A DNA stretch of 64,000 bases, from NCBI RefSeq assembly GCF_056712565.1, contig NZ_CM160072.1. One strand, given 5' to 3'. Below are positions 30,608 through 39,016 of the stretch, piece by piece (positions within the stretch are counted from its first letter, which is position 1; every line of letters begins with the position of its first letter). The notes beneath the pieces were generated by a model. It ran no database searches and was not told the DNA's origin. It worked only from the letters and a program-made list of their open reading frames with translations. Both the position numbers and the translations under genes were made by a program.

Positions 30608-31045
30608 TTGACTGGAAAATTATGTTGCAGGAACGTGAGGGCTGAGGAACAAAGCGTATTCCGGCGCTGTCCGTCCTTGCTGTCACTGACACTGATGTCT
30701 GCTTTATTATCGCCTTTATCTCTTCAGGCAGCGGATGTCCGGCGTAGCGGAGATGAAGCATTTATCATTCAGCAGCAGCGTCAGGAAGCCCTTGAGCAAC
30801 AACTGATGCCTTCAGCCCCTGATGTTCGCCTTTCTGCACCTGGCTCTTTTGCACGTAAGATTAATTTTCCTGTTGAAACGCCCTGTTTTCAGATTAAACA
30901 GACGGAACTGGAGGGGGCTGATGCGTTACCACACTGGCTGCCTTTACAAAAAATCGCCAACGGGGCGGTCGGGCACTGTCTGGGGGCGAAAGGAATTAAT
31001 CTGCTGATGAGTACATTGCAGAACCGTCTGGTCGATCATGGTTAA
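30608..31045 (+). pseudogene. N-terminal fragment of a two-partner-secretion outer-membrane transporter (TpsB/ShlB/CdiB-like)
   Basis: Signal-peptide-like start then POTRA-region resemblance ([16 protein letters not shown]...[12 protein letters not shown]); only 145 of the expected ~550 aa. Confidence 0.4.
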
Positions 31046-31116
31046 CCCTTTCCGGTCAGCAGATAACGCGACTGACAGAATTACCCCCGGCATATAACCT
31101 GCAGCGCAGTGCGCAG

Positions 31117-31515
31117 TTGCTGCAGCAACTGATGGTACTTTTCCCCGACAATCCCCATGTTCAGGAAATGGTGGATAACTGGCAGAAGAGCGTAAGGAGT
31201 CGTGCGCTCCCGGAAGAGGCGATGACGGGCTGGAATGAAGGCATGACCCGCTTACAGCAGCTGGCTGAACGCCTGAACCGTCTGGATGAACAGCGGGGAA
31301 AATACATGACGGTCAGTGAACTGAGAACGGAGGTGTTTGGCATCATGCAGGCCTTTAACCGGCATATCCCGGCGGAAGAGCAGTTACGTCGCTATGATGA
31401 AGCCCGTAACCAGAATGGCAGTGAACAGCAGCAAAAACAGGCTGAAATGGCACTGAATCAGCTGATTAATCGTTATCAGGTGGAACACGCTGGCAAACCG
31501 GAGAGGCAGCCATGA
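31117..31515 (+). CDS. Hypothetical protein or gene fragment
   Basis: ORF only; Gln/Glu/Arg-rich. Confidence 0.2.
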   Translation: MLQQLMVLFPDNPHVQEMVDNWQKSVRSRALPEEAMTGWNEGMTRLQQLAERLNRLDEQRGKYMTVSELRTEVFGIMQAFNRHIPAEEQLRRYDEARNQNGSEQQQKQAEMALNQLINRYQVEHAGKPERQP

Positions 31516-31753
31516 TGGCTGATAAAACATGGTAATGGAAAATAAACCCAAAAGAATGCGCACACCATGGGCAATCGAAGATATTCGCTACCTTGAAACG
31601 CATTATGGCGTGAAAAAAAACGCGAAATAGCGGCATATTGCCATGGGAGGGGATATGTCTGTCAGGCTGACTTGTTTTTCTCTTAAATAGCCTTTATTTA
31701 AATTAGCCTTGGTATGAAATTAGAATCTATTAATTTTTATCAAAGGAGATTGT

Positions 31754-33190
31754 GTGACAATAGCAAGAGATTCTGTTAGTGGTGAAATTGTTCATGGTCA
31801 TGATCTTCGGGAAATGGATGATCTTTATATACGAACAACCACTTTTGAATGCCCGTATGACAAATGTAGGATACCCGCTACTCCATGTAGCTTCAAAGAA
31901 ATAAATTTAAATCAATCATACTTTCGATATAAAGAGACTCATAGGCCGGGATGTAATATTCATGATCCTAAGAGTAAAAATAAGTGTAACTCAAAGAATA
32001 ATAAAAAGCATAATTCACCACCGGCATTAGCTATATCTCTTCTGAAACTTGATGTGTCTGAAAGAAATTACGACTCTTCTGGCAGAAGAATTATCAAACA
32101 GACGCGAAATGATGAAAAAGATTTGGGAGGTAAAGTACACCCTGTGTCATCTTCAAGCATCAAACCGGTAGTAGACTACTACATTAATGGAGATAATCTC
32201 TATGAACCATTATCAATTCCCCCTTATGGAGTTAGAACTTATAAAGATACTTTTCAACTAATCATCTATAAAGAAGGAATTAGATATAATAAGCCAGCAA
32301 TTTATTTTGGTAAAATTCAATCTAATATACGGCTGGAGATAAATTCGAATAGATATTACCTTACTTTTTTAGCCAGAAAGAAAGGTACCAAACAAGCATA
32401 TAAACTTGAAATTGATGCTTCAGAATGGGATGAAAGTAAAAAGAGTTTTTTCTGTAGTGAGTATGAAAAACAAAGAGCAGAAGCAAATAAGTATTATAAT
32501 GGACTAAAAGACAAGCGCAAAGCAACCAAATATCTTAATATTTTCTTTTTTGGTTTTCCTGATGAGTGCGATAGTTTTTTATTTAAGACTAGTTGTTTTA
32601 AATTGATTTATATCGTTTTCTTAGATGATTTTGATGTGACTTATAATGACAAAAACTACAGCATAGAAAAAGAACAGCTAATTAGAGATGAAATTAACAA
32701 AGAACATTTGACAGATCATCAAAATAGAATAAACCTTGCTGAGGTTGCTGAGGTTGCTGAGGTTGCTGAGGTTGCTGAGGTTGCTGAGGTTGCTGAGGTT
32801 GCTGAGGTTGCTGAGGTTGCTGAGGTTGCTGAGGTTGCTGAGGTTGCTGAGGTTGCTGAGGTTGCTGAGGTTGCTGAGGTTGCTGAGGTTGCTGAGGTTG
32901 CTGAGGTTGCTGAGGTTGCTGAGGTTGCTGAGGTTGCTGAGGTTGCTGAGGTTGCTGAGGTTGCTGAGGTTGCTGAGGTTGCTGAGGTTGCTGAGGTTGC
33001 TGAGGTTGCTGAGGTTGCTGAGGTTGCTGAGGTTGCTGAGGTTGCTGAGGTTGCTGAGGTTGCTGAGGTTGCTGAGGTTGCTGAGGTTGCTGAGGTTGCT
33101 GATTTTGACAAGAGCGAATTTAACCCTTCGGATTCTGATAGGAAAATATGGACTGGGATAAGAAAGCTTATTTCATTCTTTAAAAAATAG
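31754..33190 (+). CDS. Hypothetical AT-rich protein with a Cys/His-containing N-terminal region and a C-terminal (Ala-Glu-Val)x40 tract
   Basis: GTG start preceded by AAAGGAGA; 478 aa ORF; the in-frame 9-bp repeat encodes AEV 40 times. Confidence 0.6.
   Translation: MTIARDSVSGEIVHGHDLREMDDLYIRTTTFECPYDKCRIPATPCSFKEINLNQSYFRYKETHRPGCNIHDPKSKNKCNSKNNKKHNSPPALAISLLKLDVSERNYDSSGRRIIKQTRNDEKDLGGKVHPVSSSSIKPVVDYYINGDNLYEPLSIPPYGVRTYKDTFQLIIYKEGIRYNKPAIYFGKIQSNIRLEINSNRYYLTFLARKKGTKQAYKLEIDASEWDESKKSFFCSEYEKQRAEANKYYNGLKDKRKATKYLNIFFFGFPDECDSFLFKTSCFKLIYIVFLDDFDVTYNDKNYSIEKEQLIRDEINKEHLTDHQNRINLAEVAEVAEVAEVAEVAEVAEVAEVAEVAEVAEVAEVAEVAEVAEVAEVAEVAEVAEVAEVAEVAEVAEVAEVAEVAEVAEVAEVAEVAEVAEVAEVAEVAEVAEVAEVAEVAEVAEVAEVADFDKSEFNPSDSDRKIWTGIRKLISFFKK
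32738..33097 (+). repeat. Perfect tandem repeat, 40 copies of GCTGAGGTT (360 bp)
   Basis: Read directly: unit starts at 32738 and repeats without a single mismatch to 33097, then a partial GCT. Confidence 0.95.
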
Positions 33191-33221
33191 ATCTATAGCA
33201 GTCATCATATTGGATTATTGG

Positions 33222-33257
33222 TGAAGTGGTACACTGAATTTGCCCACCTGAACAGAG
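33222..33257 (+). mobile_element. Solo IS911/IS3-family terminal inverted repeat (IS scar)
   Basis: TGAAGTGGTACACTGAATTTGCCCACCTGAACAGAG differs at only ~2 positions from the terminal repeat of the intact IS911 at 41881..41914. Confidence 0.5.
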
Positions 33258-33321
33258 TTGGTTTTATCAAACTTGTAGTTTACTCAATGACGTAAAAATT
33301 GGTGATGTAAAGGATATAAAA

Positions 33322-35106
33322 ATGTGGTCAGACAAAGAGTCATCAGAAGACTACCTAAATTTTGGTGAAGTATCTCAGTTAGCCGTGGATGTACTTACCA
33401 CGAAAGATATGTTACCAGTATCTATCGGAATTTTTGGAAACTGGGGGGCAGGTAAATCCTCTCTGTTAAAACTGATAGAGCAAAAACTTGAGCAAGACGA
33501 CAAAGATTGGATTGTTATCAATTTTGACTCTTGGCTCTATCAGGGGTACGACGACACCCGTGCCGCACTTCTTGAAGTCATCGCTACAGAATTGACAAAA
33601 GCTGCTGAAGGTAATTCAGCCCTTATATCAAAAACTAAGAGACTCCTTAGTCGAGTTGATGGTTTTAGAGCTATGGGATTACTAGCTGAGGGTACAGCTT
33701 TAATGGCAGGATTACCTACTGGCGGTTTGCTTTCTAGGGGGATTGGTGCATTAAGAAATATCACCGATGGCATCCAGAGCCAGGAAGAGTATGAGGCTTT
33801 AGGCAATATAGCTAAAGAAGGTAAAGAAACTGCTTGTGGTTTGATTAAACCACAAACAAAAAAAAGCCCCCCTCAGCAGATTGATGCCTTTCGTAAGGAA
33901 TATGGGGAAATTCTAGAAGAACTTGGAAAGCCACTCATTGTGGTAATAGATAACCTAGACCGCTGTCTCCCTGCCAATGCTATCCATACACTTGAAGCTA
34001 TCAGGCTATTCCTTTTCTTGACTAATACAGCCTTTATTATTGCAGCAGATGAGGACATGATTCGCTCTTCTGTGGCTGATTACTTCAAAGGGGCATCACA
34101 GCGCCATCAAATAGATTATCTGGATAAGCTAATCCAGGTTCCTATTCGGGTGCCTAAGGCTGGGGTCCGTGAGATCCGTTCGTATCTGTTCATGCTTTAT
34201 GCCATTGAACATGGCTTAGAAGGCGAAAAAATAACTATGCTCCGTGAGGGCTTAGAGAAGGCGTTACAGCAATCCTGGAAAGATGAACCAATCTCACGTC
34301 AGGAGGCCTTAAAAATGACTGGTGAAGCGGATGATAGCAACCTCGCGCTGGCGTTTGCGCGTGCTGACCGTATTGCTCCCATTTTAGCCAACTCTCCAAT
34401 TATTCATGGTAATCCCAGGATCGTTAAACGCTTGTTGAATGTTGTGAAAATGCGATCTCAAATTGCGAAGCGACGAGCAATGCCTTTGGATGAAGCAATT
34501 ATTACTAAGCTAGTAATTTTTGAACGCTGTGTTGGAGTGGATGGCACCGCTGATTTATATCATCTCGTGGATATTGAACAAGGTGTTCCCCAGATACTTA
34601 AACAGCTTGACGATAATGGCGGTCAAATACCTACTGATGCACCAAAGACATGGACTGATAGTCCAACGACTAAATCTTTCATCAGTCAATGGGCCCAACT
34701 TGAACCTCGTCTTGGTGGGATTGACTTAAGGGCCGCCATATATCTGTCCCGAGAAACTATGCCAATAGGTGCATATGTGGTTGGTTTATCGCCATCTGGA
34801 CGGGAAGTACTAAATGCACTAATTGAATTGAAAAACACTAGTTCTCCTACAGCAGAAAACCTTTTGAAAGCACTTCCTCGTGAGGAGCAAATACCTGTAA
34901 TGGAAGGTTTAATTAACCAGTTACGGCAGGTATCAGATTGGGATCGTAAGCCCAGAGGCTTTTCCGGTGCATGTCTGTTGGCCCGCTACTCAACAGATGC
35001 AGCCAGCATATTAATTCGTTATCTACAGGAATTACAGTTGGGGATGAAACGACCAGCGTGGATGACTGCAGCATTAAAAGATGAACAATGGAATAAGGAC
35101 GCTTAA
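33322..35106 (+). CDS. qatA: KAP-family P-loop NTPase (QatA-like)
   Basis: Walker A GNWGAGKSS followed by the KAP-characteristic INFDSWLY block; 594 aa. Confidence 0.8.
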   Translation: MWSDKESSEDYLNFGEVSQLAVDVLTTKDMLPVSIGIFGNWGAGKSSLLKLIEQKLEQDDKDWIVINFDSWLYQGYDDTRAALLEVIATELTKAAEGNSALISKTKRLLSRVDGFRAMGLLAEGTALMAGLPTGGLLSRGIGALRNITDGIQSQEEYEALGNIAKEGKETACGLIKPQTKKSPPQQIDAFRKEYGEILEELGKPLIVVIDNLDRCLPANAIHTLEAIRLFLFLTNTAFIIAADEDMIRSSVADYFKGASQRHQIDYLDKLIQVPIRVPKAGVREIRSYLFMLYAIEHGLEGEKITMLREGLEKALQQSWKDEPISRQEALKMTGEADDSNLALAFARADRIAPILANSPIIHGNPRIVKRLLNVVKMRSQIAKRRAMPLDEAIITKLVIFERCVGVDGTADLYHLVDIEQGVPQILKQLDDNGGQIPTDAPKTWTDSPTTKSFISQWAQLEPRLGGIDLRAAIYLSRETMPIGAYVVGLSPSGREVLNALIELKNTSSPTAENLLKALPREEQIPVMEGLINQLRQVSDWDRKPRGFSGACLLARYSTDAASILIRYLQELQLGMKRPAWMTAALKDEQWNKDA

Positions 35107-35858
35107 TGGGAACATCACAATCAAGTAAAGGTCCAGGAGGTGGCTCTCCGCTGGTTCCACCATGGGCTGATGATCAGCCACAGCAACCGTTACCCTCGCC
35201 GCAAGAAAGGAGGTTTGCGCCATTTCGAGAATCGTTGGGAAATGCGGTATCAAATGGAAATCGAGCAGATTTCAGAAAAGCCATAGGGCACTACGCGCGA
35301 AAAGCCTCCGGAGGGAGCAGTAACGCTGCTCGGCGATTAGGGAGTGTCACGCAAGCTGGGGCCGAATTATTTGGGGCTTTAGTGGGAATGCCTTCGGCTC
35401 CCGGAGAACCAAGCATCGATTTGGGCAGTTTGGCAGGCCTTCCATGCGAAATAGCAATATCAACTATTGCTCAAGCTTTAACATCACAGGATGGTGACTC
35501 AGAAAAGATCTGTGCGGCCATGAACCATGCTTTAGTGGAGGCTCTTGATGGCGTAGAAATTTTCGATCCTCAAAAAATAACTGATGGTGTGATTGTTGAC
35601 ACAATGATTGGTTATCTAGCGGAAAGTATTTTCCTTCAGATGGTAATGGATTCTAATAGGGCATGGAACAAAGCAGATACACCTTCAAAGGCAATTCATG
35701 CAGAAATTGAACTCCGGGAATTGATTAAAGTTGTTGTTGATAAACATATGGCACCAAAACTTGCCGGTAACATAAGATCGTTCACACGAAACCAAATGGT
35801 AAAAATTGAACGTCAGGCCATTATTGAGGCCTGGCAAGAATGGGAGGCATACCAGTGA
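35106..35858 (+). CDS. qatB: Protein of unknown function (QatB-like position), Gly/Pro-rich N-terminus
   Basis: Start overlaps the qatA stop (TAATG); no motif recognised; call rests on operon position. Confidence 0.55.
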   Translation: MGTSQSSKGPGGGSPLVPPWADDQPQQPLPSPQERRFAPFRESLGNAVSNGNRADFRKAIGHYARKASGGSSNAARRLGSVTQAGAELFGALVGMPSAPGEPSIDLGSLAGLPCEIAISTIAQALTSQDGDSEKICAAMNHALVEALDGVEIFDPQKITDGVIVDTMIGYLAESIFLQMVMDSNRAWNKADTPSKAIHAEIELRELIKVVVDKHMAPKLAGNIRSFTRNQMVKIERQAIIEAWQEWEAYQ

Positions 35859-37159
35859 CACAATTAGTTTTCCATCATAAACATCACCATTTGCCGCCAG
35901 CAAGTGAGAAAGTGTTACCTGTTCAGCTATATGGATTAAGTGGTCAGAGGCGCGGAGATATATCTGTTATCGGGAATCCTGCGATTGATCGGATCAGACG
36001 TTTGGGAGTACAGCTTCCAGCTAAGGTCATGGATTTTCTGAGTGTTGCATTAGCAGTAACTGCAGCAGATACTTTCGTTCAGCGTGAAAGTTCCGAGGAT
36101 GGTTGGACCCGCCAATTGTCGTTACGACTCCCCCTTCATGAACCATCCAGATGGATTAGTCTAAAGAAAGAACTTGAGAGTGCTTTGCATTTTCTTAGTG
36201 GAGACATCTGGGATTTCGAATTTTGTGACGATGGTTATGCACCGCCAGAGCCTTATAGCCAGCATTCAAGGCATCGTCTGATTAAGCTAAAAGGGCTTGA
36301 CTGTGTCAGCTTATTTTCAGGAGGTCTGGATTCAGCTATTGGTGCAATAGATCTTCTGGCTGCAGGGCGCGCTCCACTTTTGGTTAGTCATGCTTATAAG
36401 GGGGACAAGTCTCGTCAAGATCAGATCGCTGAAAAATTAAGTGGCCAATTTTCGCGCTTTGAGATTAATGCTGACCCACACATTTATCAAGGCGTGACTG
36501 ATATTACGATGCGAACTCGTAGCCTCAATTTTCTTGCCTTTGCGGCCGTAGGTGCTTGTGCCGTACAAGAGATATCTCAACAAGAAAAGATTGATTTGTT
36601 CGTACCTGAAAATGGATTTATCTCATTAAATGCACCACTTACTCCACGGCGGATAGGTTCGCTGAGCACACGAACAACACATCCACATTTTATTACGAGC
36701 ATACAAAAGATCTTTGATGCGCTCGGTATTTCTTGTCAAATAATCAATCCATATCAGTTTAAGACAAAAGGAAAAATGATCTCCGAATGTTCAAATAAGC
36801 AGCTCTTATCTAAAATTGTGGAAAGTACAGTATCCTGCAGTCATTGGAAACGAATGGGGCAGCAATGTGGGGTATGTATACCGTGTATCATTCGACGAGC
36901 ATCACTTCATGCAGGGGGAATTAGTAGAGATGTTGAATATATTTTCCAGTCCTTAGCTAAAGTAATGAATGAAATAGATCGCAGGGACGACCTGATCGCC
37001 CTTAGGATTGCGATCACGCAGAAATCGACTTTGAAAATAGGTACATGGATTGCCAAAAGTGGCCCTTTGCCTACGGCAGAATTTGATAATTTCAAGCAAG
37101 TATTTAAGGATGGCCTAGATGAGGTTGAAAGCTATTTACTGAGTGAGAACATAGTATGA
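35840..37159 (+). CDS. qatC: QueC-like PP-loop ATPase (QatC-like)
   Basis: PP-loop SGGLDS (LFSGGLDSAIGAIDLL) in a 439 aa protein larger than housekeeping QueC; overlaps both neighbours. Confidence 0.8.
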   Translation: MGGIPVTQLVFHHKHHHLPPASEKVLPVQLYGLSGQRRGDISVIGNPAIDRIRRLGVQLPAKVMDFLSVALAVTAADTFVQRESSEDGWTRQLSLRLPLHEPSRWISLKKELESALHFLSGDIWDFEFCDDGYAPPEPYSQHSRHRLIKLKGLDCVSLFSGGLDSAIGAIDLLAAGRAPLLVSHAYKGDKSRQDQIAEKLSGQFSRFEINADPHIYQGVTDITMRTRSLNFLAFAAVGACAVQEISQQEKIDLFVPENGFISLNAPLTPRRIGSLSTRTTHPHFITSIQKIFDALGISCQIINPYQFKTKGKMISECSNKQLLSKIVESTVSCSHWKRMGQQCGVCIPCIIRRASLHAGGISRDVEYIFQSLAKVMNEIDRRDDLIALRIAITQKSTLKIGTWIAKSGPLPTAEFDNFKQVFKDGLDEVESYLLSENIV

Positions 37160-37881
37160 GCATCGATATGCACTGTCATCTAGACTTATATCCTCGGCCA
37201 GACCTCGTGGCTGAAGAAAGTAAGCGTCGAGGGACTTATATTCTGTCGGTGACAACAACACCTAAAGCATGGCATGGTACTTCTTTATTGGCTAAAGAAA
37301 GTCAACGAATCCGAACTGCTCTTGGGCTACATCCTCAAATCGCGCATCAAAGATCGCATGAGTTAGACCTGTTTGATTCATTGCTTTCGGAAACTAAGTA
37401 TGTAGGGGAAATAGGGCTTGATGGTGGACAGGGATTTAAAGAACATTGGGATATTCAATTGAAAGTGTTCCGACACATTCTCAACAGTGTAAATCGGGCT
37501 GGTGGCAAGATTATGACTATCCATAGTCGGGGAAGTGCATCAGCGGTGCTTGATGAGATTGAAAATATCGATGGGGTGGCAATATTGCATTGGTTCACTG
37601 GAACACCTAAGCAGCTTGAAAGGGCAATTGATTTAGGATGCTGGTTCTCAGTGGGGCCTGCTATGCTCGATACAATAAAGGGTAAGGCCTTAGTTTTGAA
37701 AATACCCAAATCACGCATTCTTACAGAAACAGATGGGCCATTTGCTAAGTTTCGTAATGACCCACTAATGCCATGGGATAGTGGGATTGCAGAGAAACAG
37801 TTAGCCGCATTATGGGGGATTAGTCAGATGGAGGTTAATGCTCAGCTAGTTGATAATTTTAAGGTATTATGTACATCATAA
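37156..37881 (+). CDS. qatD: TatD-family metal-dependent nuclease (QatD-like)
   Basis: N-terminal HCHLD motif and downstream His/Asp/Glu pattern of the TatD TIM-barrel hydrolase; ATGA overlap with qatC. Confidence 0.85.
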   Translation: MSIDMHCHLDLYPRPDLVAEESKRRGTYILSVTTTPKAWHGTSLLAKESQRIRTALGLHPQIAHQRSHELDLFDSLLSETKYVGEIGLDGGQGFKEHWDIQLKVFRHILNSVNRAGGKIMTIHSRGSASAVLDEIENIDGVAILHWFTGTPKQLERAIDLGCWFSVGPAMLDTIKGKALVLKIPKSRILTETDGPFAKFRNDPLMPWDSGIAEKQLAALWGISQMEVNAQLVDNFKVLCTS

Positions 37882-38433
37882 GAATGAAAAACTTAGATAT
37901 GCATTTACAGTTCAATTCATTTTTCGTCATCAGTTAATTACACATAAAATTAAAAGTAAGAATATATCTACCCTGTGAATGAGTAAGGCGGATTTATATA
38001 GTTTGTAATTAGTTTAAATGTAAGCAGTTCGTCAGAGTGCGTATTCCGCTCTATTCGATCACGGATTGGCCGTTATGACCCGATCTCGATGGAAGTTATT
38101 GGGTGATCCCCTTCCATGAAAATATGCACCGAAGCTCCCGCAGAGGTTTCCGTGGGCGAAGGCATGATTCTGTCCGAGAGCCGGATGTGTTAGAAGCGCA
38201 TGTCCGCTTCGATGAGCGGGGTGTGGAAACAGGATTTATGGTCAGGACAGTAAGGCACCGCCAATCGAAAGAGGCGGCAACAGATATGCCTGACCTGTAA
38301 AATTACCGCGCCACATCTTGACTCTACCCGTTTTCCAAGCGCCCCCCCTTATAGAACGTACACTGGATGGTGATACCGGCTATACATCGCATATTTGACA
38401 GTCAGCTTGCTGAATTTTTCATTGGCTGCAGCA

Positions 38434-39009
38434 TCAGGGCGTTTTCCAGATGACAGCTATAGTAAAAATGATCGCCAGACTGGCGAGAAAGCAGAGCGAA
38501 AGCGGGATTTTGTCCTTCAGTGTCAGGTTCAGCTCTTCTTCAACCCATGCTTTTTCAAATTCACAGTAAAATTTATAATGTGCGTACCAGTTACTTCCGA
38601 AGATCTGTTTGCTGATGACCGTGCCGTAAAACCGGGACATGATAGCGTCGATGGATTGTTGTGTACGCTGATAGTCAAAGTTTGCATCGCTTTTTACGTT
38701 GCGGTAGATGACTTCAAGTTCATTAAAAATTTTGGTCTGCTCAATCCCCGCACTTTCATAACTCTGCTTTTCCGAGTCATAAAACTGAATGTACATTGTA
38801 GCAACACCAAATATAATTAATATCGCGGAAATGACGTTTGTGGCCAGCTCAGGAATAAAAAGGGCGAACACACCGACAGCAAGAGAAATAAAGCTAATCC
38901 AACCGGATGCCTTACAAATCAGATCATAGGTGGCAAAGTTTTTCTTAGCGCCAAATCCAACGTTATAACCATGTCGGGCGATTAATTTCAGCATCTCTGA
39001 TTGCGTCAT
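38434..39009 (-). CDS. SLATT-like two-transmembrane effector protein
   Basis: 191 aa with two central hydrophobic helices (WISFISLAVGVFALFIPELATNVISAILIIFGVATMYI) and a C-terminal hydrophobic segment; 8 nt downstream of the SMODS gene. Confidence 0.6.
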   Translation of the reverse strand: MTQSEMLKLIARHGYNVGFGAKKNFATYDLICKASGWISFISLAVGVFALFIPELATNVISAILIIFGVATMYIQFYDSEKQSYESAGIEQTKIFNELEVIYRNVKSDANFDYQRTQQSIDAIMSRFYGTVISKQIFGSNWYAHYKFYCEFEKAWVEEELNLTLKDKIPLSLCFLASLAIIFTIAVIWKTP

Positions 39010-39016
39010 AAAAACC

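Noticed and set aside
32738-33097. Highly regular repeat array that could be mistaken for a CRISPR array
   Set aside because: Units are 9 bp, perfectly contiguous with no spacers, and lie in frame inside a protein-coding ORF; no cas genes nearby.
32719-33161. ORFs translating the repeat in other frames/strand (SATSAT..., LRLLRL...)
   Set aside because: Frame artefacts of the 9-bp repeat; the AEV frame is the one continuous with a 330 aa N-terminal domain and a good RBS.
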